In this document: one piece after another, positions 43,460 to 54,082 of the stretch
How positions within the stretch are numbered: position 1 is the stretch's first letter
Layout of the letters: every line of letters begins with the position of its first letter
NCBI GenBank assembly: GCA_963724295.1
Contig: CAVRUC010000013.1
Span: 192,001-256,000, forward strand
Direction: 5' to 3'
DNA length: 64,000 nt
Origin: an uncultured Chloroflexia bacterium
Lineage (GTDB): Bacteria > Chloroflexota > Chloroflexia > Thermomicrobiales > UBA6265
Made by a program: the position numbers and the translations under genes
The notes under the pieces: model-generated
The model's database searches: none
What the model saw: only the letters and a program-made list of their open reading frames with translations
Told to the model about the DNA's origin: nothing

Positions 43460-46093
43460 ATGTCACCTCGTTCCGAACGACCGTCGCCATCTGTGGCGAC
43501 GGATGCCGCCCAAGGGGCTCCTGTCACGGACAGCCCGCAAACGACCGGGCCCGCGACCAAGCCTCGCGCCACTCGTGGCGGTCGTACCAAGAAAGGGGCC
43601 TCGCGGAAACCGCCATATGTGCTCCTGCCGGTTCTGGTTGTCGATGAGACGCTGCTTTTGCCGCACATGTCGATTCCGTTCCCGATCGAGGACGAAGAAG
43701 CGGCCAGAGTTGTCGAGCGCGCCTCTCGTGGCGAACACCGGCACGTCCTGGTGCTGACTGAACGCCCGATTCTTCCCGAATCCGAAACCGGCTCACCGAA
43801 TGGCGTCGCCGACGAGGAGAGTGAGCTGCGAGCCTTGCTGGCCGACGCCATCAGCGAAGTGGCCGCGCACAGCGGAATCGATGGTGATCCCGAGTGGATC
43901 CCCGATCCGGAACCCGAGCCGCAGGAATACGAGCTTTGTGGCGTCGGCGTCATCGCCGAGATCGCGCAGTTCCGGCCGAGCGGCAGCCGCCACGTCGTCC
44001 TGCAGGGGCTCGCCCGCGGCATCGTCACCGAGCTGGTGCAGCAGGATCCGTATCTCGTCGCGCGCGTCGTCCGCCAGGATGATCCGGTCGATTCGACCGC
44101 GGAAGCGGAAGCGGCCATGACCGCGGTGATGGAGCAGGTCGAGAACTACATCAGCATGCTTCCCAACGTCCCGGAAGAGGTGCTGACGATGGTGCGCGGG
44201 GTCGAAGAGCCGGGCTGGCTGGCCGACCTGATCGCCTTCTCGCCGGAGTTCACATCGGACCAGCGTCAGGATCTGCTGGAGATCCTCGATCCGATCGAGC
44301 GTCTCCGCCGGCTGAGCGTCCTCATCCAGAAGCGCCTGGACGTGCTCAACCTGCGGCAGCAAATTCAGACCGAAGCGCAAGCCGGTATGGACAAGCAGCA
44401 GCGCGAGTACTACCTGCGCGAGCAGCTCCGCGCCATCCAGAAGGAGCTGGGCGAGTCCGGCACTGAGGCAGCGGTGGCAAGTGAGCTGCGCGAGAAGATC
44501 GACGCCGCCGGCATGCCGGAGGAGGTCAAGGCCAAAGCGCTCGTCCAGGTCGAGCGGCTGGAGCAACAGCATCCGTTCTCGCCCGAGATCGGGGTCATCC
44601 GAGGCTACCTGGATTGGTTGATTGAACTCCCCTGGGCCGTCGAGACGGAGGACCGGCTCGACCTCACCGAGGCGGCTCGCGTCCTGAGCGAGGATCACTA
44701 CGGTCTGGAAAAGGTCAAGGAGCGCATTCTCGAGTTCATCGCCGTGCGCAAGCTAGCGGGGGATCGCCTGCGAGCGCCGATCCTCTGCTTCGTCGGGCCT
44801 CCGGGCGTCGGCAAGACCAGCCTCGGGCGATCGATCGCCCGGGCCATCGACCGCAACTACGTCCGCATGTCGCTCGGCGGCGTGCGCGATGAAGCAGAGA
44901 TTCGCGGGCACCGGCGGACCTACGTCGGTGCCATGCCGGGTCGCGTTATCAAGGCCCTGAAAGACGCGAAGAGCCGCAATCCAGTGATGGTGCTGGACGA
45001 GATCGACAAGGTCGGCTCGGACGCATTTCGCGGCGATCCCTCGTCGGCGCTGCTCGAGGTGCTCGACCCGGAACAGAACACGACCTTCTCCGACCACTAC
45101 CTGGAGGTGCCGTTCGACCTCTCGAAGGTCATCTTCATCACCACCGCCAACCTGCTCGAGCCGATCCCACCCGCTCTGCGCGACCGGATGGAGATCATCG
45201 AGGTGTCAGGGTACACAGAGGTCGAAAAGATGGCGATCGGGCGGCAGTTCTTGCTGCCCAAGACGCTGGAGACACATGGTCTGGCCCCGGAGCAGTTGAC
45301 CATCACCGACGATGCGCTGCGCCGGCTCATCCGCGAGTACACGGAGGAGTCAGGAGTTCGCAATCTCGAGCGCGAGATCGGTTCACTCTGCCGCAAGGTG
45401 GCCCGCATTCTTGCGGGTGATGCTCCGCCACCGGAGATCGTGGTCGACGCCCCGCAGGTGAGCGACTACCTGGGAGTACCGAAGTACGACTACGGTCTTG
45501 CCGAGGAACAGGATGAGGTCGGCGTCGCGACCGGCGCCGCGGTGACAAGCGTCGGCGGCGATCTGCTCGGCATCGAGGTGCTGATCATGCCGGGCAAGGG
45601 GGATCTCATCCTCACCGGGCAACTTGGTGATGTCATGCAGGAGTCCGCGCGCGCCGCGCTCTCGTACGCCCGCGCTCGTACGAGTGATTACGGGTTGGCG
45701 CCGGACTTTTTCGACCGGCACAACATCCACGTCCACGTGCCCGCGGGCGCCATCCCGAAGGATGGTCCCTCCGCCGGGATCACGATGGCGACCGCGCTGA
45801 TCTCGGCCCTCACCGGCCGTCAGGTGCGTAAGGACGTAGCGATGACCGGCGAGATCACCCTCCGCGGCAAAGTCCTCCCCATCGGGGGGTTGCGCGAGAA
45901 GACCGTGGCTGCCCACCGGGGAGGCATCAAGACCTTCATTCTGCCGCGCCGCAACGCCAAGGACCTGGCCGAGCTACCCGGCGTCGTACGCGACGGAATG
46001 GAACTGATCCAGGTCGATTCCCTGGAGCAGGTCCTGGCCGCCGCGCTGCTGCCGAAGGCGCAGACCGGCCCGGTGCCAGTGCAAGTCGCCTGA
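43460..46093 (+). CDS. lon: ATP-dependent Lon protease
   Basis: 'GPPGVGKTS', 'RGHRRTYVGAMPG', 'PKDGPSAG' (catalytic Ser), 'IGGLREK'. Confidence 0.97.
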   Translation: MSPRSERPSPSVATDAAQGAPVTDSPQTTGPATKPRATRGGRTKKGASRKPPYVLLPVLVVDETLLLPHMSIPFPIEDEEAARVVERASRGEHRHVLVLTERPILPESETGSPNGVADEESELRALLADAISEVAAHSGIDGDPEWIPDPEPEPQEYELCGVGVIAEIAQFRPSGSRHVVLQGLARGIVTELVQQDPYLVARVVRQDDPVDSTAEAEAAMTAVMEQVENYISMLPNVPEEVLTMVRGVEEPGWLADLIAFSPEFTSDQRQDLLEILDPIERLRRLSVLIQKRLDVLNLRQQIQTEAQAGMDKQQREYYLREQLRAIQKELGESGTEAAVASELREKIDAAGMPEEVKAKALVQVERLEQQHPFSPEIGVIRGYLDWLIELPWAVETEDRLDLTEAARVLSEDHYGLEKVKERILEFIAVRKLAGDRLRAPILCFVGPPGVGKTSLGRSIARAIDRNYVRMSLGGVRDEAEIRGHRRTYVGAMPGRVIKALKDAKSRNPVMVLDEIDKVGSDAFRGDPSSALLEVLDPEQNTTFSDHYLEVPFDLSKVIFITTANLLEPIPPALRDRMEIIEVSGYTEVEKMAIGRQFLLPKTLETHGLAPEQLTITDDALRRLIREYTEESGVRNLEREIGSLCRKVARILAGDAPPPEIVVDAPQVSDYLGVPKYDYGLAEEQDEVGVATGAAVTSVGGDLLGIEVLIMPGKGDLILTGQLGDVMQESARAALSYARARTSDYGLAPDFFDRHNIHVHVPAGAIPKDGPSAGITMATALISALTGRQVRKDVAMTGEITLRGKVLPIGGLREKTVAAHRGGIKTFILPRRNAKDLAELPGVVRDGMELIQVDSLEQVLAAALLPKAQTGPVPVQVA

Positions 46094-46230
46094 CGAGGGT
46101 GATGGGTGGCAGGGTGGCAGGGAGAGCGATTCGACCCCGCCACCCTGCCACCCGGCGTAGCGGTCCACCCTGCCACCGTGAGTGCAGCGAACAATCACCG
46201 CGAGCGCAGCGAACAATCACCCTATCACCC
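46091..46230. repeat. Octamer-repeat palindromic element, family A, copy 2 (between convergent lon and MFS)
   Basis: TGACGAGGGTGATGGGTGGCAGGGTGGCAGGG ... CCCTGCCACC ... CGAGCGCAGCGAACAATCACCCTATCACC. Confidence 0.85.
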
Positions 46231-47436
46231 CCGCTCACCCCTGAGCCTGGCAGCCGTCCCTACGGCCGTACCCGATCCGAGTAGGGTCCACCACAGCCCG
46301 GCGGCCGCGATCAGGCCGATCGTGGCGAAGATGAGCCACGGCAGCGCGGGGATCCCGAGACTTCTGCCCAGGTCATAGAGGAGCCCTCCGGCGAAGCTGC
46401 CGAGTCCGCCACCGAAGGCGACCGCCAGGGCGGCGACGCCGAAATACGACCCCAATGCAACCGGGTTCGCCATTCCGGCTGCCACCGTCTGTTCGCTCGG
46501 TCGCGCTAGGACGATTCCCAGCGAATAGACGACCACGGCCAGGAGCAGGCTGATCGTGTCCCGCGCGAAGCCGATCAGCAGCAGTCCCGCCGCCGTGGCC
46601 AGCACGCCGGCGATCAGCGCGCGCGGAGCACCGAGCCGGCGTTCGGCCAGGCGCGGCATCGGATACCCGAGGACGACCGCAATGATGGAGTTGACGGCGT
46701 AGACCCAGGCCACTGCGCTCGGGTTGCCGGCGATAGCCATCGCTACCAGCGGCAGGGTGATTGAGAACTGGGCGGCCATGAATTGATGTCCGCCCATGAA
46801 GCCGGTGTAGGTGAGGAATGGCCGGTCGCGGAAGGCGAGTTTCAGACCGCGGAATGGGCCACCTTTTTCCGCCACCTGCACAGCCGGCAGCCAGAGGAGA
46901 ATCACGACGAAGATCAGCACGTACATCGTCGCGCTGACTAACGCGACGAGACGGAAATCAACGCCGAGTAGCAGCGCTCCGAGCTGTGTACCGGCGGTGA
47001 TGCCGAGTCCTCCCACGACGCCGGTCTTGGCGAAGTAGCTCGAGCGCTCGCTCTCCTCGGTGAGCGCCGCGACCGCGGCCGATCGCGGTGATTCGAAGAG
47101 CGCGCCACCGACGGCCGAGACGATCGCCGCGCCCATCAAGATCGCGTAGGTCCCGGCGAAGGCCATCGCCGCGAAGCCGGCGGCGCGCACGAGCATGCCG
47201 ATGGCGATGAGCGGTTTGGCTCCGATGCGGTCGGCGAGCACTCCGCTGAATGGCGTCAGCCCTTGTTGGAAAAACTGCCGCGCCGCCAGTACCAACCCGA
47301 CGGCGCCGGCCGCCCAGCCGAGTCCGTCGACGTAATGGACGGAGATCATGGGGATGATCATGAAGAAGCCCGCCCAGGCAAAGAACGTGGAGACGAGAAG
47401 CACGAGGAGGCCGCGGCGCTTTGCTGCGGCAGTCAT
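46225..47436 (-). CDS. MFS transporter (MdtH-like)
   Basis: About 12 TM segments; 'RQFFQQGL..FSGVLADRIGAKPLI' resembles MdtH. Confidence 0.85.
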   Translation of the reverse strand: MTAAAKRRGLLVLLVSTFFAWAGFFMIIPMISVHYVDGLGWAAGAVGLVLAARQFFQQGLTPFSGVLADRIGAKPLIAIGMLVRAAGFAAMAFAGTYAILMGAAIVSAVGGALFESPRSAAVAALTEESERSSYFAKTGVVGGLGITAGTQLGALLLGVDFRLVALVSATMYVLIFVVILLWLPAVQVAEKGGPFRGLKLAFRDRPFLTYTGFMGGHQFMAAQFSITLPLVAMAIAGNPSAVAWVYAVNSIIAVVLGYPMPRLAERRLGAPRALIAGVLATAAGLLLIGFARDTISLLLAVVVYSLGIVLARPSEQTVAAGMANPVALGSYFGVAALAVAFGGGLGSFAGGLLYDLGRSLGIPALPWLIFATIGLIAAAGLWWTLLGSGTAVGTAARLRGERG

Positions 47437-47442
47437 TGCGAG

Positions 47443-47574
47443 AGACGGCAAGACGGCAAGACGGCAAGACGGCCAGGAACGACATGCTCGTCACGCCTAC
47501 AAGGTGCCCGCCCAGCACTGCTCACGACCCACGACTCACCTTGCCGTCTGGCCATCTATCCGTATTGCCGTCTG
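47443..47574. repeat. Octamer-repeat palindromic element, family B (AGACGGCA), copy 1
   Basis: (AGACGGCA)x4 at 47443-47474; degenerate inverted arm TTGCCGTCT at 47541-47574. Confidence 0.75.
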
Positions 47575-48589
47575 ACGACGGTGTCCAACCCTCGACCGCC
47601 TCCATCGCCAGGCGCAGCATCATCGTCAGCCGATCGACGTCGCGCTCGCCCGGATCACGTCCCAGCGGGCGTTGCTCGGGTGACCCGCCGTCAGACCGCA
47701 AGACTCCCGAGAATTCGATGCCGCCGGTCTCCGGGGCAACTGCCATCACCGAGCGCCGCACCGCGCCGCTCCCCCAGGAGAGAACCAGCGCCGAACCATT
47801 CCGGCCGCGCTGGATTGCGGCTTCGACCGGGCTGGACCAGCCGCTCGCGACGCGGGTGGCCGCCTCCCGGAGGGTCTGCTCGACGGCAGTTGATCCAGCA
47901 ACAGCGTTTGCCGGCGGCCGCGACGTCGTCGGAATGCGCCCTGATCGGGATGATCCGCCGGTGAGTCGCGCCACGCGCGCACGCATCGCGGGACTCTTCC
48001 AGGCCCAGAAGAGCGCAGCCAGGACTGTGATGTGGATGACGAGGATCACCAAGCTGAGCGCCGGCACACCGCCTTGGTACATCTGCGTCCAGTCACCGTT
48101 GAGCCCCGAATCCCCCGAGACGAGGTCCAGCAATGGATAGACCACCAGCGCGTTGAGCAGCGAAATCCAGGTGAACTGGATAAGCAACTGGTTGATGGCG
48201 GCGCGAAACGGCGGCCGTTTCAGGAAGACGAGAACGACCGCGATCGCTGCCAGAAGGAGATTCACCAGCGTGCCGGCGGCCGCGATCACGATCTGCTGGG
48301 CATCCGTGAAATCGCGTGGATCGAAGGCGACGTAGCCGGCAAATCCGTAGAAGCCCCAGTCCAGAACCTCGCCCCCAAAGAGACGGATCGCAACAGCGTG
48401 ACCGAATTCGTGCAGCGCCACCGAGATGGGGAGTAGCACGAAGAATGCCGCCTGATCGACGAGCATGCGGTCTTCATGAGTAAACGTGCGGTCGAATGTC
48501 TGCCGAAAGTTGCGGGCGAGCTGATAGATCACCCGTACACCGAGGATGACATAAAAGAGGCTTATCAGCGCGAACGGGCCGAGACTCAT
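47522..48589 (-). CDS. Membrane metallopeptidase, M50/site-2-protease-like
   Basis: HEFGH within a TM segment, 'AAGTLVN', 'LNALVVYP..D', 'GDW'. Confidence 0.75.
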   Translation of the reverse strand: MSLGPFALISLFYVILGVRVIYQLARNFRQTFDRTFTHEDRMLVDQAAFFVLLPISVALHEFGHAVAIRLFGGEVLDWGFYGFAGYVAFDPRDFTDAQQIVIAAAGTLVNLLLAAIAVVLVFLKRPPFRAAINQLLIQFTWISLLNALVVYPLLDLVSGDSGLNGDWTQMYQGGVPALSLVILVIHITVLAALFWAWKSPAMRARVARLTGGSSRSGRIPTTSRPPANAVAGSTAVEQTLREAATRVASGWSSPVEAAIQRGRNGSALVLSWGSGAVRRSVMAVAPETGGIEFSGVLRSDGGSPEQRPLGRDPGERDVDRLTMMLRLAMEAVEGWTPSSDGNTDRWPDGKVSRGS

Positions 48590-48667
48590 GCCGAATCTCC
48601 AAGAAGGTGGGCTGTCATGCCGGGAAGTCTGGCACAGGCCATCGGGTCGTGCCGGAAACGCCCACGA

Positions 48668-50017
48668 TCAGGCTGGGACAGGCTGCTCCTCATTCCTGCG
48701 CTCGATCCGCATGAGGCGGCCCCCGAGCGCGAGGGCAACGACCGCGACGACGGCGCCGCCGACCGCCACCGCCACTGGAGCGCCCCAGAGGCCACTCAGA
48801 AGCCCTGCCAACGCCGCGCCAATCGGGGTCGAACCGGCGAAGACAGTCAGGTAGATGCTCATCACGCGGCCGCGCAGCCAGTCCGGCGTGTTCGTCTGAA
48901 CGGTAGTATTCGCCAGGGCCATCGTCGTACTCATCGCGAACCCGATCCCCGCCATCAGAACCATTGCCAGGACGGCGGTCAATCCCAGGCCAGCAACCAC
49001 ACCCAGCGCGATTTCCAGGGCACCAAACAGCAGCGCCATGCTGAGCATCACCCGAGGCGAGGGGCGGCGTCCGGTGAAGGCCAGTGTCAGCGCGCCGGCT
49101 AGCGAGCCGACGCCGAGGGACGACATCAGCAGCCCAAAGCCGCTCGCGCCGATATGGAGCGCATCACGCGCCAGGAGGGGCGCCCAGACACCGAAGTTCA
49201 TGCCGAAAATGGCCATCAATCCGGCGAGGATGATCGGCACGCGAACCACCGGCGACGTGCGCACATAGGCAAGACCCTCACGCAACCGCTCGGCAGGTGA
49301 GCCGACCTCGCTACCCCGCTTTGGCCTCCCCTGGGTCCGCATCACGCCGAGTCCGGCAATGACCGGGATGTAGGAGACCGCGTTGAGGACAAAGCAGATC
49401 TGGGGACCAAAGGCGGCGAGCAAGAGCCCGGCCAGTGCCGGCCCCGCAACCCGCGTCGTGTTGAACAATGCAGAGTTGAGCGCGATGGCGTTCATCAGGT
49501 CGTCTTCGCCAACCAGATCAACCACGAAGGCCTGACGCGCCGGCATATCGACGGCGGAGACGATGCCGAGCGCGATGGCCGCCGCATAGATCTGCCAGAG
49601 CTCCACCCGACCCGTGGCTACGAGAAGGGCAAGCACTCCGATAATCGCCGCCGCCGCGATCTGCGTGATCATCAGCAGGCGGCGTTTCGGCAGGCGATCG
49701 ACCAGGACGCCGGCGGGTAAGCCGAGGATCAGCGTAGGACCGAACTGACAGACGCCGATCAGCCCGAGCGCCGCCGGAGAATTGGTCAGGGTCAGCACCA
49801 GCCAACTCTGGGCCAGACTTTGCACCCAGTTTCCCGTCAGCGAGAAGAGCTGGGCGAACCAGAAGAGCCGGTAATCGCGATGGCCGAAGGCACGCAACCC
49901 CTCCGGCAGCGAGCGATCGGCGTGAGGAAGATCGACCGACGCCTCAGACGGCGAACGAGAGCTCTCAGTTTCCGGCGAAGCGTGCGCTTGCGCGGCCGGT
50001 GTCTGCATTCGGCCCAT
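48668..50017 (-). CDS. MFS transporter (MFS_3/DHA3-like)
   Basis: 'HRDYRLFW', 'GVLVDRLPKRRLL', 'DMPARQAF', 'RGRVMS'. Confidence 0.9.
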   Translation of the reverse strand: MGRMQTPAAQAHASPETESSRSPSEASVDLPHADRSLPEGLRAFGHRDYRLFWFAQLFSLTGNWVQSLAQSWLVLTLTNSPAALGLIGVCQFGPTLILGLPAGVLVDRLPKRRLLMITQIAAAAIIGVLALLVATGRVELWQIYAAAIALGIVSAVDMPARQAFVVDLVGEDDLMNAIALNSALFNTTRVAGPALAGLLLAAFGPQICFVLNAVSYIPVIAGLGVMRTQGRPKRGSEVGSPAERLREGLAYVRTSPVVRVPIILAGLMAIFGMNFGVWAPLLARDALHIGASGFGLLMSSLGVGSLAGALTLAFTGRRPSPRVMLSMALLFGALEIALGVVAGLGLTAVLAMVLMAGIGFAMSTTMALANTTVQTNTPDWLRGRVMSIYLTVFAGSTPIGAALAGLLSGLWGAPVAVAVGGAVVAVVALALGGRLMRIERRNEEQPVPA

Positions 50018-50065
50018 TGTCGCAGGCCACGCAGACGCCGTGCCGCCTGAAGCTGCATGTGAAGG

Positions 50066-50998
50066 CTATGCCGGTTGCGCCACCGTCAAGATGAGCTGCG
50101 GCGGGACACCGCTCTCCATCGAGTAAATGATGCCGGTGGCTTCAGGTTGTCCAGGCATGGCGAACGTGATCGAGCCGTCTGCGGAGACCGAGCCCGTGAC
50201 GTCGACGGCCGTCAGCCCACCGGGCTCCACGGCTTCGAACCAGGACGGCACGCCATGAACGTTGAGCGCGCTGCCTCCATCGGGCACCTCATTGGCCGTC
50301 AGCCCGTCCGACACGACGTAGTCGTAAATGACGCCCACGCTCCCGCCCGGCGCACCCGCTTCGCCAGCACCGGTAAATGTCAGCAGCGCGCTGAGAACCT
50401 CGCCCTCGCCAATGCCGGTGACATCAAAGCTGATCAGCGACACGGCCCCTTGTGGTCCGCCGATAGCAAGGAGAGCCGCACTCTCAGGCGACTGCGACCC
50501 GTCCGGCTCGGCGGCAAAGACGGTCGTGTCAGCCACCGCGTCGAAGGCGACCTCGCTGGTCGTACCGATGGCGCCGGCCACGGCTGGATCGACACCCGGC
50601 AGACCGGGCACAGATGGAGGCAACATGACGTCACCCGGCGCGAGCGGCTCGCCTGGGCCGCTCGTCGCCGGAGCGTCCTCTGTTGTCTCGCGCGGAACGC
50701 CGTTGACTGTTCCGTCCGCTCCAGTCGCACCGGCGGTGGCGTCCTCGGCGTCTTGTTGCCTCAATGCGATCGGCGCCAGATCATGGATCGGTTCCACGAT
50801 CAGGTTGGACTCGCCGCTGGCCTCATCGTGAGCGCCTGCGGCGATGGAGTCGGTACCCGGGCTTACGGCGGCCACGTCAGGAACCAGGCTGGCCGTCGAT
50901 GTCAGAACGAGGGCCAAGGCGGCAAGAGATCTCAAGAGTGCGGCGCCGTGTCTTACTGACCGCGTATCTGCCGCTGACGGTTCGTGATGTCGCCGCAT
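50066..50998 (-). CDS. Secreted protein with a C-terminal DNRLRE/CBM96-like domain
   Basis: Hydrophobic signal, low-complexity linker, 'VADTTV...SLISFDVTG...SALLTF...YSMESG.PPQLILT'; start uncertain. Confidence 0.6.
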   Translation of the reverse strand: MRRHHEPSAADTRSVRHGAALLRSLAALALVLTSTASLVPDVAAVSPGTDSIAAGAHDEASGESNLIVEPIHDLAPIALRQQDAEDATAGATGADGTVNGVPRETTEDAPATSGPGEPLAPGDVMLPPSVPGLPGVDPAVAGAIGTTSEVAFDAVADTTVFAAEPDGSQSPESAALLAIGGPQGAVSLISFDVTGIGEGEVLSALLTFTGAGEAGAPGGSVGVIYDYVVSDGLTANEVPDGGSALNVHGVPSWFEAVEPGGLTAVDVTGSVSADGSITFAMPGQPEATGIIYSMESGVPPQLILTVAQPA

Positions 50999-51233
50999 AC
51001 CCCTCGTCTCCATGAAAATGCACGCCAGCCAGCGCGCTGCCAGGGCACTTTCCCAAACGCGCCAACACTGCCCGCCGTTCCGCCAATCACCCGTCAGCCT
51101 ATCACCCCTCGCAACACAAGTACGGCTATTGCGGCACAATGAGCTACGACACGCTGCACGGGGCAGATGGCCTGCGAGTCCCGCACTTCAGGGAAACCGT
51201 GCCAGCGACCATGATGAGGAGAGAAAGCACACG

Positions 51234-52181
51234 ATGCATTCACGAATCGTGGCGATTGCCGGAACGGTGGCGATCGCATTGCTTGGGTCGGCTGGGGCCA
51301 TGGCGCAGGACGCCACGCCTGAGGCTTCGCCTGGTGGAGAGAGTTTCTTTACCGACCTGGGCTTGCCCGAGCTGACAGTGACCGCGACCAACGAGGGCTT
51401 CGAGCTCTCTGAGTCCGAGGTCGAGGCCGGGCGCTATTTGGTCAACTTCGCCAACGAGAGTGACAACCCTGACGCTGCGGCCGGATTTGTGCGGCTGATC
51501 GAAGGGACAACGCTTGATGATCTCTCATTCGCCGATGAGCTGGCAGCCGGCACGCCCATGCCTGAGGGCCAGCCGGATCCGCAAACATTCGCCTGGATCT
51601 ACGACACGTACATCGCTGGCGGCGTGACTTCAGCCAGCGATCAAGCTGTCATCGATCTGCGCGGGGGCGAATACGGCGTGTGGGCTGATGACCCGACGTC
51701 TCCGCTCCCGCCCGCTCCGCTGACCGTCACCGGTGATCCCGACGCTCGGATCGAAGGTCCGGAGCCGGAGGCCGCGGTGACGATCGTCGAGGAGGGAGCC
51801 GGCGGCGAAGGCTTCAGGTTCACGGTCACCGGCGAAGCGACGGCTGGACCGCAGATCGTGAAGATCCTCAACGCCAGCGATCAGCCGCACTTCGTCATTG
51901 GATTTGCCTATCCAGAAGAGATCACCATCGAACAGGCGATGGAATTCATCATGTTCGATCCGTCGTCGGGCGCCACGCCGAGCCCGAACATGCTCGACGA
52001 GACACTGCTTACGTTCCCCATGTACGCACCGGTCCAATCGGTGGGCACGACGCAGTGGGTCGAGCTGAACGCGGAGCCTGGCTCGGTGATCCTCGTCTGC
52101 TTCGTTCCTGATCCCGTAGCGGACGGCATTCCGCACGCCTTTGAAGGGATGGTCAGCCTCCTGCCAGTGGCGGAGGGCTAG
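51234..52181 (+). CDS. Secreted cupredoxin-like protein
   Basis: Signal ending AMA-QDATPEASP; C-terminal 'QPHF...LVCFVPD....PHAFEGM' matches type-1 Cu His/Cys/His/Met spacing. Confidence 0.7.
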   Translation: MHSRIVAIAGTVAIALLGSAGAMAQDATPEASPGGESFFTDLGLPELTVTATNEGFELSESEVEAGRYLVNFANESDNPDAAAGFVRLIEGTTLDDLSFADELAAGTPMPEGQPDPQTFAWIYDTYIAGGVTSASDQAVIDLRGGEYGVWADDPTSPLPPAPLTVTGDPDARIEGPEPEAAVTIVEEGAGGEGFRFTVTGEATAGPQIVKILNASDQPHFVIGFAYPEEITIEQAMEFIMFDPSSGATPSPNMLDETLLTFPMYAPVQSVGTTQWVELNAEPGSVILVCFVPDPVADGIPHAFEGMVSLLPVAEG

Positions 52182-52292
52182 AGCGAAGTCGGCAAGGCCG
52201 TACGACTCGTTGTGAGTCGCACGTCGTGAGTGGGAACGGGCGAAGTAAGCTTCGTCCGTTCCCGTCACTCCGTCACCCCGTAGACTATCCTC

Positions 52293-52943
52293 ATGGATCT
52301 CCTCGCTCAGACTTGGGCCTACGCCGCTGAGAACGCCGGCCGCGTCCAGCAGGCCGTGCTGACGCACCTGCTGTTGAGTTTCGGTGCGCTCGCCATCGCC
52401 ATCCTCATTTTCATCCCCCTGGGGGTGCTGGTATCAAGGGGTGGCAAGCTCACCTCGACCATCGTCGGTGCGGTTGCCGCCGTGCGCGTCATCCCCAGTC
52501 TGGCCGTGATCCTCCTCCTGTTGCCGATCTTCGGACTCGGCTGGCGGCCTGCCCTCATAGCGTTGACGCTCCTGGCGGGACCACCTCTCGTGATCAACAC
52601 CGACATCGGACTGCGCGGCGTCGATCCGGCCACCCTCGAGGCCGCGACCGGTCTGGGCATGACCGGAGGGCAGCGGTTCTGGCGCGTGGAAGTCCCCCTG
52701 GCGCTCCCGGTGATCGTCACCGGCGTCCGCTCGGCGGCGATTGAAGTCATCGGCAGCGCGACTCTGGCCGCCTTTGTCGGCGCGGGGGGGTTGGGTGCGT
52801 TCATTACCTCGGGGATCACGCTAATGGACGAGCGGATGTTGCTGACTGGCGCCTTGCTGGTGACACTGCTGGCCCTGCTGACGGAGTGGACTCTGGCGCG
52901 GCTGGAACTTCGCATCACTCCGCCTGGCATAGGGAAGGCGTGA
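52293..52943 (+). CDS. Osmoprotectant ABC permease (OpuBB/OsmY-like)
   Basis: 'VIPSLA', 'LEAATGLGMT', 'LAAFVGAGGLG'. Confidence 0.92.
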   Translation: MDLLAQTWAYAAENAGRVQQAVLTHLLLSFGALAIAILIFIPLGVLVSRGGKLTSTIVGAVAAVRVIPSLAVILLLLPIFGLGWRPALIALTLLAGPPLVINTDIGLRGVDPATLEAATGLGMTGGQRFWRVEVPLALPVIVTGVRSAAIEVIGSATLAAFVGAGGLGAFITSGITLMDERMLLTGALLVTLLALLTEWTLARLELRITPPGIGKA

Positions 52944-53095
52944 ACGTCCACCACCCGATCGACACACGTGGCGCATGTTGGTGACACCTTGACGGAAAAT
53001 CCACGATCTCACGCGGGCCTGTTTCCCCGTGTTCTACACTTGCGCGGCCGTTATTGTCGTTCTCGCGCCCTTGGCGCAACCGGAAGAGGGAAAAC

Positions 53096-54082
53096 ATGAA
53101 GATCACCCGCCGGAAACTCACGAAGAGCTTGGTTGCAACCCCGGTAGTTGCCGCGGCGCTGCAAGTACAGGCGCAGGGCAGCTCGTGGCCGGTGGCCAGC
53201 GCTCAGGAAGGACCCGTGCGCATTGGCTCGAAGGACTTCACTGAGCAGCTCATCCTGGGCGAGATGTACGCGCTGCTCCTCGAGAACGCGGGCATCGCGA
53301 CCGAGAAGCAACTCAACCTCGGCGGCACGCAGGTTGCCCAGGAGGCGCTCCTCGCCGGCGAGATCGATCTCTATCCGGAGTACACCGGCACCGGTCTGAC
53401 TGTCGTCCTCGGCATCCCGATCGAGTCCGTCACGGAAGGCACGCCGGTCGCCGGCGCTGCCACGCCCGCTGACCAGGTCGTGAGCATAGACCAGCAGGTC
53501 TATGACATCGTCTCTGAGGAGTACCTGGAGCAGTTCGACCTCGTCTGGCTCGACGAGTCGGCCTTCAACAATACCCAGGCGCTGGCCGTGAAGCGCGCCT
53601 TTGCCGAAGAGCGAGGGATCTCCACCATCAGCGAGCTCGCGGAGATCGCCGGTGAGTTGACCATCGTCGCCCCGTCCGACTTCGTCGAGCGGCCGGATGG
53701 CCTGCAGGGGCTCCAGGATTTCTACGAACTAGAGTTCGGAGATGTCCTCAGCGTTGCGCCGGGCATCCGCTACCAGGCGCTGGAGGAAGACCAGGCCCAG
53801 GTCGTGCTCGCCTTCGGCACCGACGGGCAGGTTGCCGGTCTCGATCTCGTGCTGCTCGAGGACGACAAGGGTCTCTGGCCGCCCTATCACGTGGCGCCGG
53901 TCGTCCGCAACGACACGCTGACGGCCAACCCGGGGATCGCCGATGCGCTGAACCCGATCGCGCCGCTGTTGACCGACCAGGTCATGTCGGCGCTGAACTG
54001 GCAGGTCGATGGTCCGGACAAGCTGGAGCCGGCCGACGTCGCCCGCGCCTTCCTCGAGGAGCAGGGGCTGCTCGGGAGCTGA
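53096..54082 (+). CDS. Osmoprotectant (glycine betaine/choline) ABC substrate-binding protein
   Basis: 'IGSKDFTEQ.ILGE', 'DLYPEYTGT', 'FNNTQAL', 'FGTDG', 'WPPYH'. Confidence 0.93.
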   Translation: MKITRRKLTKSLVATPVVAAALQVQAQGSSWPVASAQEGPVRIGSKDFTEQLILGEMYALLLENAGIATEKQLNLGGTQVAQEALLAGEIDLYPEYTGTGLTVVLGIPIESVTEGTPVAGAATPADQVVSIDQQVYDIVSEEYLEQFDLVWLDESAFNNTQALAVKRAFAEERGISTISELAEIAGELTIVAPSDFVERPDGLQGLQDFYELEFGDVLSVAPGIRYQALEEDQAQVVLAFGTDGQVAGLDLVLLEDDKGLWPPYHVAPVVRNDTLTANPGIADALNPIAPLLTDQVMSALNWQVDGPDKLEPADVARAFLEEQGLLGS

